From the IMG/VR virus record IMGVR_UViG_3300017605_000342, positions 32,001-96,000 of that record: a DNA stretch of 64,000 nucleotides. One strand, 5' to 3'. The position numbers and the translations under genes are program-made. How positions within the stretch are numbered: the first letter of the stretch is position 1; each line of letters starts with the position of its first letter. The notes under the pieces are model-generated. The model ran no database searches and had not been told where the DNA came from. It worked only from the letters and a program-made list of their open reading frames with translations. This document shows, one piece after another, positions 9,277-18,620 of this stretch. This stretch comes from a virus.

Positions 9277-10958
9277 GACCCTACCAGAAAGAATGCTTGG
9301 AAGCCATCAAACGTAATGCTGGGTTGATTAACAAACAGCTTGTTGTTATGCCCACAGGCACGGGCAAATCCCACGTCTTTGCTGAACTACGAAATTATCT
9401 AGGACTAAAGCGTAAGGTTCTAGTCCTAGCTCACCGTGAAGAACTGCTATCCCAAGCTGTCCGACACTTGAAGCGGGCTAACCCACACGTCAAAATTGGC
9501 CTAGAAAAAGCTGAGTCATACGCTGCATCTGACTGTGATATCGTAGTAGTTTCCAAGGACTCAATAGGGCGTGCTGACTCAGATAGAATTAAACGCTTTA
9601 ATCCCGCCGACTATTCAGCGCTAATCATTGACGAAGCGCACCATGCAACAAGTAAGTCATATGAAATGATCCTGAACCACTTCGGAGTATCGAAGCTAAG
9701 GAATCAAACTAGCGACATTTTATTGTTAGGTGTTACAGCCACACCTTTCAGATCCGACCGTGTAGGTCTGGACAACGTGTTTGATCAAATTGTGTTTGAA
9801 TATGGCATCAATGACGCTGTAGGTTCGGGCTGGTTAGTACAACCCGTAGGTAGATCGGTACGCACAGAGGTTAACTTGGATGAAATTCCTGTACATTCTG
9901 GGGACTTTACCAAGGAAGAGATAGAAGCTGCCATAAATGTTCACGCTAGAAACGAGCGCATCATTAAAGGATACTTAGAGTATGGGGAGGGCAGGTCTAC
10001 CATTGTCTTCTGTTCAAGTATTGCGCACTCCCGTAAGATAGCAGAGATGTTTGTAAAACGTGGAGTTAATGCAGAAGCTGTTTGGTTCGATGATCCTGGC
10101 CGCACAAATAAACTGAAACTGTTTAATGCTGGAAAGATTGCAGTGTTGTGTAATGCGTTCTTGTTAGGCGAGGGAGTAGACATTCCTAACATTTCCTGCG
10201 TCATTCAGGCACGTCCCACCAAGTCTCAGTTGGTATTCATACAACAGGCTGGCCGTGGGTTACGCTTACAGGACGGGACTGGCAACCTGCATGAAGAGGT
10301 TAGTAAAGGAACTACCCCACTTAAGGTCGATTGCTTGATAATCGATGTAGTGGATAACACAGAGAAGCACTCACTGGTCACTCTGGCATCCCTGCTGGGG
10401 CTACCATCTAAATTAAACCTAGATGGTATGACTATGGAAGAAGCTCTAGAAAAAGTTAAAAAGGTTAAGGAACAGCATCCTAACATTGACTTGTCAAAGT
10501 TAGAAAACATACGTGACTTAGACATCTACGTGCGGGATGTTAATCTCTTACAGGAAAAGTTTGATCCAGAAGTAGTCAAGCACTCTAAACTAGCTTGGAC
10601 TAAAGTAGGAGATAAGAAGTGGGTTCTGTCCCTGCCCACCAAAAGCAACATCGTTGTAGCAGAGAATGTTCTAGGTGAGTATGCAGCTTATGGTTCTGCC
10701 AAAGATAAAGCATTTAGAGAAGTCTTTAACACATTACGCGAGGCGCTTGTTTATTCAGAGCATTGGGCGGGTGCCATGCTTGGTAAATGGGTACTAAAAC
10801 CCCTCAAACGTGATGCAAAATGGCGTGCCGAACCTGCATCAGAACAGCAAAAGGATTTTATTAGAAAGCTAATGAGAAATCAGAACGTAGAAAGTATTGA
10901 CAAGTTATCTTCTGGTAGGGCATCTGACATTATAACTACCCTAAAAAATAAGGCTTGA
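9270..10958 (+). CDS. SF2 DEAH-box helicase (ResIII/Irc3-like)
   Basis: MLRPYQ, PTGTGKS, DEAHH, TATP, EGVDIP and QQAGRGLR. Confidence 0.93.
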   Translation: MLRPYQKECLEAIKRNAGLINKQLVVMPTGTGKSHVFAELRNYLGLKRKVLVLAHREELLSQAVRHLKRANPHVKIGLEKAESYAASDCDIVVVSKDSIGRADSDRIKRFNPADYSALIIDEAHHATSKSYEMILNHFGVSKLRNQTSDILLLGVTATPFRSDRVGLDNVFDQIVFEYGINDAVGSGWLVQPVGRSVRTEVNLDEIPVHSGDFTKEEIEAAINVHARNERIIKGYLEYGEGRSTIVFCSSIAHSRKIAEMFVKRGVNAEAVWFDDPGRTNKLKLFNAGKIAVLCNAFLLGEGVDIPNISCVIQARPTKSQLVFIQQAGRGLRLQDGTGNLHEEVSKGTTPLKVDCLIIDVVDNTEKHSLVTLASLLGLPSKLNLDGMTMEEALEKVKKVKEQHPNIDLSKLENIRDLDIYVRDVNLLQEKFDPEVVKHSKLAWTKVGDKKWVLSLPTKSNIVVAENVLGEYAAYGSAKDKAFREVFNTLREALVYSEHWAGAMLGKWVLKPLKRDAKWRAEPASEQQKDFIRKLMRNQNVESIDKLSSGRASDIITTLKNKA

Positions 10959-10983
10959 CTTGTTTTAAGCTTTATGGTAAGAT
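10955..10983 (+). promoter_or_regulatory. sigma70-type promoter, likely giving a leaderless transcript
   Basis: TTGACT-17 nt-TAAGAT with TG extended -10; the ATG starts 6 nt after the -10 box. Confidence 0.75.
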
Positions 10984-10989
10984 GCAGCC

Positions 10990-11403
10990 ATGAAGCTTAA
11001 AAGAAGTCGTCGTAGAAGACGCACGAAAACAGACTGGTATACATGGAAATCGAAATCACTGGCCGCATCTTTTAACAAAAGATTCAAGGATCTGGGTGAC
11101 TCGTCACGTCTATCCTCAAAGCAAATCAAGACATGGTTAGTAGATGTTCCACTGATATGCCATTACTGCACGATAAAACTAGATCAAAAGAACTTTGGAG
11201 TTGACCACGCAATAGCAATCGCACGCGGTGGAACTAATACCGTCAGCAACTTGCGACAATGTTGCAGGGGCTGTAATATAGCAAAGGGCGCATACTCCGA
11301 AGATCAATTTAAAGAATTGCTCGCACTCATTTCCAAGTGGGATGACGGAGGAAAAGCTCTTCTCGCTCAGTTAAAGCGCGGCTTTGCTTTTTACAGAAAA
11401 TAA
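10990..11403 (+). CDS. HNH endonuclease
   Basis: CHYC...VDHAIAIARGGTN..SNL..CC..CN..K. Confidence 0.88.
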   Translation: MKLKRSRRRRRTKTDWYTWKSKSLAASFNKRFKDLGDSSRLSSKQIKTWLVDVPLICHYCTIKLDQKNFGVDHAIAIARGGTNTVSNLRQCCRGCNIAKGAYSEDQFKELLALISKWDDGGKALLAQLKRGFAFYRK

Positions 11404-11405
11404 CG

Positions 11406-11801
11406 GTGTTTAAGTCTAAAGTGTACTATAATAAAATCTACGCCAATACGTTGTCCATGTACCGTGAGTTGAAGTCCATCAGCGGAACGGCAAGCTGTTC
11501 TACATTGTATGGAAGTACCCACGAAGTATCAATGTTCCCTCTCATTATTGAGTTCATTGCTGACGTAGAAAAGACACTTAAACGCATGGTGAACTTGCCC
11601 ACCTACAAGATAGGCATCGAGTTTGAACGCCTCCAGTTATACCCCTTCAATTCTTATACCAAAAAAATTAAAACCCCAATAACAGCAGCAAGTACAGTGA
11701 TTGATTATATAGCTCCAATAGAGAATATTCATGGCGAAAAAGACGACGGAACAGATTGCAAACTTCAACCACGTAATAGAAAAGATAAACAAAAAGTATA
11801 A
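11406..11801 (+). CDS. hypothetical protein
   Basis: ORF between the HNH gene and recA; overlaps the recA start. Confidence 0.45.
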   Translation: MFKSKVYYNKIYANTLSMYRELKSISGTASCSTLYGSTHEVSMFPLIIEFIADVEKTLKRMVNLPTYKIGIEFERLQLYPFNSYTKKIKTPITAASTVIDYIAPIENIHGEKDDGTDCKLQPRNRKDKQKV

Positions 11802-12777
11802 ATCAAACCCACTCATCTCATTGGCAGGCACGGAACGTCGTGCAATGCCACATATCCGCACCGGAATTTACTCCCTAGATAAAAATGTTTTTGGTATCGG
11901 AGGAATTGCCAGAGGCAGAGTTCAAGAATGGTTTGGCCCTGAGGGTGGGGGAAAGACAACATTACTCTACACTGCAATTGCAGCAGCCCAGCGCCAGTTC
12001 CCCGAAGAAGCTTGCGTCTTGATTGATGCAGAACACGCAACCGATCCTGCATGGCTTGCTAAGAATGACGTGGATCTAAACAAACTGCTTTTCTTTCAGC
12101 CCACCTGTGGCGAAGAGGGATTAGCACTTGCTGAAGATGTTATCAAAGAAACCCAATGTTCTTTAGTTGGTATTGACTCAGTTGCGGCGTTGGTCCCTAA
12201 GGCCGAACTTGAAGGGGACATGGGAGAAGCACACGTAGGGCGTCAGGGACGTATGATGGGACAAGCCCTGCGCAAGTTGATTGGGCTAACATCACAGAAG
12301 GGCACCGCACTTATCTTTATTAATCAGGTACGTGATGTTATCGGACAGTCAGGACCAGGCATGGGGCCTCGCACATCAACACCGGGCGGTCGTGCTTTGA
12401 AGTTTGCTGCCAGTGTTAGATTGAAAATCGCCCGCACCGCAACTGTTAAGGTTGAGGGCGAAGCACTACGTAACGCAGTAAACATTCGAGCAGAAAAGAA
12501 CAAGCTCTTTGCACCGTATCGAGAAGCGGACGTTGAATTGTCCTACGATTCTGGGTTCGATAAGCTAGGTAATGTTGTTGATGAATTGATCTGGGCTGGA
12601 GTTATCGAGAAAAAAGGTGCGTGGTATTCGTATAACGGTGAGAGTTTGGGTCAAGGAAAACAATCTTGTTACACAAGAGTACAAGATAGTTTTGAAAAGT
12701 TTATCATTACGTTAGATGAGCATTATAAAAACAATCTACCAAAAATAGGAGAAAGACCAACTGAGGAAGAAGAATGA
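11731..12777 (+). CDS. recA: recombinase RecA
   Basis: GPEGGGKTT, IDAEHA, IDSVAALVPKAELEGDMG, FINQVR, TPGGRALKFAASVRL and GAWYSY. Confidence 0.97.
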   Translation: MAKKTTEQIANFNHVIEKINKKYKSNPLISLAGTERRAMPHIRTGIYSLDKNVFGIGGIARGRVQEWFGPEGGGKTTLLYTAIAAAQRQFPEEACVLIDAEHATDPAWLAKNDVDLNKLLFFQPTCGEEGLALAEDVIKETQCSLVGIDSVAALVPKAELEGDMGEAHVGRQGRMMGQALRKLIGLTSQKGTALIFINQVRDVIGQSGPGMGPRTSTPGGRALKFAASVRLKIARTATVKVEGEALRNAVNIRAEKNKLFAPYREADVELSYDSGFDKLGNVVDELIWAGVIEKKGAWYSYNGESLGQGKQSCYTRVQDSFEKFIITLDEHYKNNLPKIGERPTEEEE

Positions 12778-12977
12778 ATTATAAAGTAAACATGGGCATA
12801 CATGAAGAAGTTTTGGTCGATTATTTATTAGTTAAGGTATTGTATAAAAAAGAAGCAGAATCCACCAAAGATATATCAGATACGGACTGGGCATACCACT
12901 TAGGACAAGCTTCTGTTGCCGAAGAACTATTAAAATCTTTGACCGTTCCTGACCAACATCGGTGGATTTTACAATGA
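12774..12977 (+). CDS. hypothetical protein
   Basis: Coupled ORF. Confidence 0.5.
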   Translation: MNYKVNMGIHEEVLVDYLLVKVLYKKEAESTKDISDTDWAYHLGQASVAEELLKSLTVPDQHRWILQ

Positions 12978-13507
12978 AAGATGCAGTTTTATTAAGCGCT
13001 ATCAAAGCAATAGCAGAACATCAATCTAGAATAGTTTTCTTGGACACCAAGCTAGACACTGGTCGGCACTGGCCATATGTGGGGTGTGATTTGGACCGTT
13101 TCTATGACACACTGACAGAGGTCGGAGAACGACTGGGGTGTTTGCCCAACACTGTTGAGTTCTTTAACATCACCCCGACAAAGAAATTCCTTGACATTGG
13201 GTGTGGTACTGGTCTAACATTACACATTGCGCGTGCCTTGGGGTTTGATGCTTACGGTTTGGAGACAGATCCAACAACCTTAAAGCTACTTGACGCAACA
13301 CATGGTAGAACAAAACACGTGTTGGTGGAAGATGCCCTGTCTTTTAAGAAGTATGGGGATTTTCAAGTGCTGTTCATGTACCGCCCGTTTAGAGATGAAC
13401 AAGTACAGCTTCAATTAGAACAGCGTGTGATGGCCAGCATGCAGAAAAATGCAATACTAATACCACAACATCTTATCTCTATAAAGCATTTATGGATAAA
13501 GATCTAA
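12974..13507 (+). CDS. class I SAM-dependent methyltransferase
   Basis: FLDIGCGTG, GLE, EDA and FMYRPF. Confidence 0.8.
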   Translation: MKDAVLLSAIKAIAEHQSRIVFLDTKLDTGRHWPYVGCDLDRFYDTLTEVGERLGCLPNTVEFFNITPTKKFLDIGCGTGLTLHIARALGFDAYGLETDPTTLKLLDATHGRTKHVLVEDALSFKKYGDFQVLFMYRPFRDEQVQLQLEQRVMASMQKNAILIPQHLISIKHLWIKI

Positions 13508-14175
13508 AAGATTGCAGCAAATGTGGGGCAACTCTACCTATAGATTGTTTTGATCGTAGGGGTGGTATTGATGCTCATAATAAACCACGGAGACGCTCTT
13601 GGTGCAAACCTTGTGGAAAGTCTTACAGAGATAGTCGAAAATCAAAAATATCAGAAAACCGAAGACAGCATTATCAAAATAACAAAGAGCGTGTGAATAC
13701 GGCGTGTAAGATATATTACGAAAAGAACAAAGTCAAAATTAAAAAATCTAGAACTAATTATTATAAAGCCAATAGAGATAAATGTCTTGAAAAGCAGAAG
13801 AAATATAATGCTAGATTAGAAACCAAGCTTAGAAAAAGAGAGACAAATAAACAACGACAAAAATTTGATATACCATACAAACTTGCAAGTAATCTCAGAC
13901 GCCGCGTACTTTGCGCAATCAAGTCTAACCTCAAATCAGGATCAGCCGTTAGAGACTTGGGGTGCTCCGTGCAGGAATTTAAAAACTACATAGAGCAGCA
14001 GTTTAAACATGGTATGAACTGGGGTAATTATGGACAATTTGGTTGGCATTTAGATCATATAGTACCACTATCTAAATTCGATTTGACTAATAGAAAAGAC
14101 TTTTTGAAAGCTGCCCACTTTACAAACTATCAACCACTATGGTGGAATGAAAACATTTCAAAGGGAGCCAAGTAA
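13492..14175 (+). CDS. HNH-type putative homing endonuclease
   Basis: N-terminal CSKC..CKPC, basic helical repeats, LGCS...MNWGNYG..WHLDHIVP...TNYQPLW..N..K; more AT-rich than its neighbours. Confidence 0.82.
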   Translation: MDKDLKDCSKCGATLPIDCFDRRGGIDAHNKPRRRSWCKPCGKSYRDSRKSKISENRRQHYQNNKERVNTACKIYYEKNKVKIKKSRTNYYKANRDKCLEKQKKYNARLETKLRKRETNKQRQKFDIPYKLASNLRRRVLCAIKSNLKSGSAVRDLGCSVQEFKNYIEQQFKHGMNWGNYGQFGWHLDHIVPLSKFDLTNRKDFLKAAHFTNYQPLWWNENISKGAK

Positions 14176-14184
14176 GATAAAACC

Positions 14185-14391
14185 ATGAAAGACTTAGGAA
14201 CAGGTTTTCTAGTAATCGTAGTATCCGTTATAGCCGGATTGCTTTTATTTCTAGTACCCATTAAAACGGAGCCTGCGGTATGGACCCAACCAATATGGTC
14301 ATCGTATACGTACAATGGTCATAGATACGTCATAGTTAAATTTGGCGAAAGTATAGCGGTTACACACGATGAAAGTTGCACAACACGTTAA
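14185..14391 (+). CDS. small membrane-anchored protein
   Basis: N-terminal hydrophobic helix. Confidence 0.55.
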   Translation: MKDLGTGFLVIVVSVIAGLLLFLVPIKTEPAVWTQPIWSSYTYNGHRYVIVKFGESIAVTHDESCTTR

Positions 14392-14608
14392 GCCATTTGT
14401 AATAGTTACAGAACATCCCGACGACGAATCTAAGGATGTTATACGACATTTTAAAGCTGCGGGTATTAACCTCAAATGCACGTGGGTCAACGGCTATGGC
14501 ATTACAGATTATGGCTGGGGATACCATCTCGTATTTGGTGCAAACAGCACGGAGATTAAGCCACTGTTAAAAGAGGTACAAAAACAGCTAGTAGAAGATG
14601 ACATTTAA
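14369..14608 (+). CDS. hypothetical protein
   Basis: ORF track. Confidence 0.5.
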   Translation: MKVAQHVKPFVIVTEHPDDESKDVIRHFKAAGINLKCTWVNGYGITDYGWGYHLVFGANSTEIKPLLKEVQKQLVEDDI

Positions 14609-14620
14609 TACAGGAGAGAG

Positions 14621-16492
14621 ATGGATCAGGCTCAAAAATTCATTTACACACGCACATATTCCAGATGGCTTGAAGAAGAATCTCGAAGGGAAGCATATGA
14701 AGAAACAGTAGACAGATACCTTAACTTTATCAAAGAAAAGTGGGCGGACACGGTACCCACAAAAGTGTTTAAAAAAATACGCGCTAGAATGCTAGAGCTA
14801 TCCGTGTTACCCTCTATGCGTGCGTTGTGGGCCGCCGGCCCCGCCGCCACTAACACCAACGTAGCAATGTACAACTGCGCATACGCTGATATTGACAGCG
14901 TAGATGCCTTTGCAGAAGCACTGTACATTTTAATGTGCGGGACTGGCTACGGGTTTTCCGTCCAGCATGAGTGCATTAAACACTTACCAGAAGTACCCAA
15001 GATTAACTGGGAAGACAAAGAACTTGTCACGATAGAAGACTCAAAAGAAGGTTGGGCATCGAGCATTAAGGTGCTGATGCGGGCGCTGTACAACGGTAAG
15101 ACCATAGACTTTGACTACTCGTTGTTGCGTACCAAAGGTAGCCGTCTTAAAACTTTCGGAGGCAGAGCATCAGGCCCCGAACCGTTGATTGTTTTACACT
15201 CGTTCATTAAGGAAGTTTTTCAAACTGCACAAGAGCGTAAACTAACTTCTTTAGAGTGCTTAGATATTTTAAACCAAATAGCCGAAGTAGTTGTTGTTGG
15301 TGGTGTGCGTAGGTCATCAGAAATCAGTCTGTCGGACTTGGCGGATGATCTAGTGCGTAACGCTAAAGTCTGGCCGTTTCCACAACGCCGCGCTATGTCC
15401 AATAATAGCGCGGTGTACATGGAAAAACCTACAGCTATTGAGTTCCTGAAAGAATGGGCAGCACTGGCAGATTCTGGTACAGGTGAGCGTGGCATTTTTA
15501 ATCTTGAAGGTGTGCGCAAGCACGCACCAGGCCGCAGGGACGTGGAGAAAATTCACGGAACAAACCCATGCGGTGAGATTATGTTGCGCTCCAACCAGTT
15601 CTGCAATCTCTCAGAAGTGGTTGTACGCTCTGGCGATGACTTGGACGATCTGCTAGAAAAGGTTGAGACAGCGACTTGGATCGGTGCTATTCAGAGTACT
15701 TACACAGACTTTCCATTTCTGTCAAAGAAGTGGCGCAAAAACTGTGAAGAAGAACGGTTGCTAGGAGTGTCCCTCACAGGACAGATGGACAATCCGGCAC
15801 TGCTAACGGCTGATGCGTTAAAGGCACTGAAGGCACGTGCAATTAGGGTAGCCAAGCACGCAGCAGGTATTCTAGGCATCAACGTACCTACAGCGATCAC
15901 TTGTGTTAAACCATCAGGGACTGTATCACAATTAGTTAACTCAGCGAGCGGATTACACCCACGTTACGCAGCTTATTACATCCGTCGCTACCGCATTGCA
16001 GCAACTGATCCGCTGTGCAAGCTGCTTAAGAGTCAGGGCATTGATTTGGTACCAGAAAACGGACAAGAGAAATACCCAGAAGATAAGGTTAACACATGGG
16101 TTGTATCCTTCCCGGTTAAGTCTCCAGACAAGGCTATTACTAGAGACAAGGTGGCTGCCCTAGCCCAATTGGATTGGTACAAGCGTATTCAAACTAACTG
16201 GTGTGAACACAATGCCAGTTGTACAGTGTATGTCAAAGACATTGAGTGGTTTGAAGTTGGTAATTGGGTCTATGCTAATTGGGAAATTGTAAACGGTATT
16301 TCATTCTTGCCATATGACGGCGGGCACTACAAAAACGCCCCATACGAGGAAATTACCGAGGCACAATACAAAGAATTCCTTGACAAATTCCCTGAAATAG
16401 ACTACAGTAGATTGTCTGAATTTGAACAGGAAGATCTGACAGAAGGAAACAAATCCTATTCATGTGTCGGGGATCGTTGTGAACTTAACTAA
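14621..16492 (+). CDS. nrdJ: class II (adenosylcobalamin-dependent) ribonucleotide reductase
   Basis: LPSMR, YNC, GGVRRS, TNPCGEI, FCNLSE, CVKPSGT and C-terminal CVGDRC; SD GGAG upstream. Confidence 0.93.
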   Translation: MDQAQKFIYTRTYSRWLEEESRREAYEETVDRYLNFIKEKWADTVPTKVFKKIRARMLELSVLPSMRALWAAGPAATNTNVAMYNCAYADIDSVDAFAEALYILMCGTGYGFSVQHECIKHLPEVPKINWEDKELVTIEDSKEGWASSIKVLMRALYNGKTIDFDYSLLRTKGSRLKTFGGRASGPEPLIVLHSFIKEVFQTAQERKLTSLECLDILNQIAEVVVVGGVRRSSEISLSDLADDLVRNAKVWPFPQRRAMSNNSAVYMEKPTAIEFLKEWAALADSGTGERGIFNLEGVRKHAPGRRDVEKIHGTNPCGEIMLRSNQFCNLSEVVVRSGDDLDDLLEKVETATWIGAIQSTYTDFPFLSKKWRKNCEEERLLGVSLTGQMDNPALLTADALKALKARAIRVAKHAAGILGINVPTAITCVKPSGTVSQLVNSASGLHPRYAAYYIRRYRIAATDPLCKLLKSQGIDLVPENGQEKYPEDKVNTWVVSFPVKSPDKAITRDKVAALAQLDWYKRIQTNWCEHNASCTVYVKDIEWFEVGNWVYANWEIVNGISFLPYDGGHYKNAPYEEITEAQYKEFLDKFPEIDYSRLSEFEQEDLTEGNKSYSCVGDRCELN

Positions 16493-16664
16493 CTCAATTG
16501 TCGCGCCGTTCAACTGGGAACTTGATAGACTAAATCAGCCTTGCGAAAAATGCCACGATGGTGTCTATGTAGAAACCAGTCTCTTTGATGATTGGGACGG
16601 TTTCTTACACTGTAATAAATGTGACCACAAGGTTATTAGACACGAGTCAATGAAGAAATACTAA
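16464..16664 (+). CDS. zinc-ribbon protein (start uncertain)
   Basis: CEKC...CNKC. Confidence 0.5.
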   Translation: MSGIVVNLTNSIVAPFNWELDRLNQPCEKCHDGVYVETSLFDDWDGFLHCNKCDHKVIRHESMKKY

Positions 16665-17080
16665 TGAGAATATTAACTCCAGGCAAAAGGTTAAAAGGTA
16701 GAGTATCTATATCCAGAGCACACGGACATGCAGATACTTATATTCATTTTGAAATCGTAGATGATTTGTCTGGGTGTATTGTAGCTGAGTTAGAAATGAC
16801 ACCAGAAGACTTCGGCAACGCGGTCACTGGAATGTCCATGCAACCCTGTGTGTTGGAGTATTACGCAGACTGTCCGGCTGGTAAGCGTAGAGAAGTTAAG
16901 CACGAAGTTGTACCAGTACCTTCAGCTTTTGATCGTAAAAACGCTAAGAAGTTTCTCAAGAACTTTGAGGTAGATGGTTGGATAGGTTCCGCTGACGACA
17001 TAGGAAACCATCACAGATACGTTGCAGGAAAAAAGGGATACAACGTAACGTTTGTAAGATTCGTTGACGCTACAGAATAA
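16664..17080 (+). CDS. hypothetical phage protein
   Basis: TAATG-coupled ORF. Confidence 0.6.
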   Translation: MRILTPGKRLKGRVSISRAHGHADTYIHFEIVDDLSGCIVAELEMTPEDFGNAVTGMSMQPCVLEYYADCPAGKRREVKHEVVPVPSAFDRKNAKKFLKNFEVDGWIGSADDIGNHHRYVAGKKGYNVTFVRFVDATE

Positions 17081-17083
17081 TAC

Positions 17084-17157
17084 TCTGGGATCTTCTAACG
17101 GCAGGAAAGGTGGCTTTGACCCACCGAATCGAGGTTCGAATCCTCGTCCCAGATCCA
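17084..17157 (+). tRNA. trnQ: tRNA-Gln(UUG)
   Basis: TCTGGGA/TCCCAGA acceptor, GGTGG-CTTTGAC-CCACC, TTCGAAT, CCA. Confidence 0.92.
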
Positions 17158-17159
17158 AC

Positions 17160-17234
17160 TCTAGGATCATACAATCGGCAGTATGCTTGGCTCTGAACCA
17201 AGTCATCGAGGTTCGAATCCTTGTCCTAGAACCA
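17160..17234 (+). tRNA. trnQ: tRNA-Gln(CUG)
   Basis: TCTAGGA/TCCTAGA acceptor, CTTGG-CTCTGAA-CCAAG, TTCGAAT, CCA. Confidence 0.92.
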
Positions 17235-17249
17235 AACTTTGGAGAACAC

Positions 17250-17396
17250 ATGGAAGACACAAGAAGAGAAGAGGAAAAAGAACAAGAACGCAGACGTAAA
17301 AAACTTTTAGAGGAAGAAGAGCGCGAACGCAAGAGGCAGCAAGACAACATTAACCAACTCAATGCTGTTATCTCAGCAGTCATTTCTACAATGTGA
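17250..17396 (+). CDS. small E/R-rich helical protein
   Basis: SD GGAG, then MEDTRREEEKEQERRRKK... Confidence 0.55.
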   Translation: MEDTRREEEKEQERRRKKLLEEEERERKRQQDNINQLNAVISAVISTM

Positions 17397-17405
17397 GAAG
17401 CAAAC

Positions 17406-17546
17406 ATGGCACAACAAAAAACAAAAAACGGTATCGATGAAGTGATAGACACAATATCAGATATCTTAGACATTGGCGCTGATGCGGCAGACGACGTAAT
17501 AGATTGCCTAGCAGATGTGCTAGACGACTTCGACTTTGGAGACTAA
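17406..17546 (+). CDS. 46-aa highly acidic protein (not in ORF track)
   Basis: MAQQKTKNGIDEVIDTISDILDIGADAADDVIDCLADVLDDFDFGD; TAATG overlap with the RNA ligase start. Confidence 0.6.
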   Translation: MAQQKTKNGIDEVIDTISDILDIGADAADDVIDCLADVLDDFDFGD

Positions 17547-18160
17547 TGAAATCATACCCTTCGATTCCCTCGTGGAAATCAGTCATCGGTGATTGGGCGG
17601 GCCTAGAATGCTTTGCCTTTGAGAAGATCGATGGTAGTAATATCAGGTGTGAATGGTCACGTAAAAGAGGTTGGTACAAATTTGGTAGTAGGACGCGGTT
17701 ATTGTCAGAGTCGGATACGACGCTAGGCAGAGCCATCCCAGTATTCAAACACAAGTATGGGGATGCTATCCATGACATACTTGTTAAAGGATTAAAGAAT
17801 CCAGAGTCTGCGATTGTGTACTGCGAGTTCTTCGGGCCAGGTAGCTTCGCGGGAAACCACCGCATGGTCGATAAACAGCACATGGACTTGGTGCTGTTTG
17901 ACGTTGACATTTACCGTAAAGGGCTACTACCACCTGACCAGTTTGTAGATCATTTTGGCGCTTTAGACATACCAGTGCTTTGTTACAGAGGTCCCCTTAC
18001 CACTGCTTACGTAGAGAATGTTAAGGCGGACTCAGAGGAACTGGAAGAAGGAGTAGTAGTTAAAACTGTATACAAAAAACAAGTTGATATGTGTAAGATC
18101 AAAACAAGATTTTGGCTTCAACGTCTTAAAACAAAGACCGGAGAAGTCGAAGATTGTTGA
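17546..18160 (+). CDS. ATP-dependent RNA ligase (nucleotidyltransferase domain)
   Basis: Motif I EKIDGSN, EFFG, LFDV, motif IV EGVVVK and motif V KIK. Confidence 0.8.
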   Translation: MKSYPSIPSWKSVIGDWAGLECFAFEKIDGSNIRCEWSRKRGWYKFGSRTRLLSESDTTLGRAIPVFKHKYGDAIHDILVKGLKNPESAIVYCEFFGPGSFAGNHRMVDKQHMDLVLFDVDIYRKGLLPPDQFVDHFGALDIPVLCYRGPLTTAYVENVKADSEELEEGVVVKTVYKKQVDMCKIKTRFWLQRLKTKTGEVEDC

Positions 18161-18164
18161 ATGT

Positions 18165-18242
18165 GGCCCCATCTTCTAAACGGACTAGGAAATCACCCTT
18201 TCAAGGTGCAAAATGAGAGTTCGAATCTCTCTGGGGCTACCA
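18165..18242 (+). tRNA. trnE: tRNA-Glu(UUC)
   Basis: GGCCCCA/TGGGGCT acceptor, loop CT-TTC-AA, GAGAG-TTCGAAT-CTCTC, CCA. Confidence 0.9.
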
Positions 18243-18258
18243 TATAAGAGGTTATATC

Positions 18259-18456
18259 ATGGATGACGGCAACGTATTTCAATGGAAGTTTTCTTTGTAC
18301 GCACAAGATCCTAGCAGCGGCGTACAAATGTTTTTAGGAAGTGCAATGTTTGGCAAAGATCATGACGCTGACAAAATCAAAGAATCTCTAATGAAAGCTT
18401 TTTGGACTGCTGACTTGGCAGGACAAGTCCCTGTTGTAAAAGAGGCAGACAAATAA
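18259..18456 (+). CDS. hypothetical protein
   Basis: SD GAGG upstream; lies between tRNAs. Confidence 0.55.
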   Translation: MDDGNVFQWKFSLYAQDPSSGVQMFLGSAMFGKDHDADKIKESLMKAFWTADLAGQVPVVKEADK

Positions 18457-18457
18457 C

Positions 18458-18535
18458 CCCTCGTGTAGCTCACCGGTAGAGCGGCTGGTTGAAGCCCAGC
18501 GCGATCATCAGGTTCAATTCCTGACCGAGGGACCA
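18458..18535 (+). tRNA. trnF: tRNA-Phe(GAA), copy 1
   Basis: GCTGG-TTGAAGC-CCAGC, TCAGG-TTCAATT-CCTGA, CCA; extra base in the 5' acceptor strand. Confidence 0.85.
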
Positions 18536-18539
18536 CAGA

Positions 18540-18615
18540 TCTCTGTGTAGCTCACCGGTAGAGCGGCTGCCTGAAGAGCAGCGCGTAGCGGGTTCGACTC
18601 CCGCCCAGAGAACCA
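18540..18615 (+). tRNA. trnF: tRNA-Phe(GAA), copy 2
   Basis: GCTGC-CTGAAGA-GCAGC, GCGGG-TTCGACT-CCCGC, CCA; same acceptor irregularity as copy 1. Confidence 0.87.
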
Positions 18616-18620
18616 AAACT

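Noticed and set aside
6194-16492. Inteins or self-splicing introns in the primase-helicase, helicase, RecA or NrdJ
   Set aside because: All have ordinary lengths and contiguous motifs, with no intein-terminal signatures.
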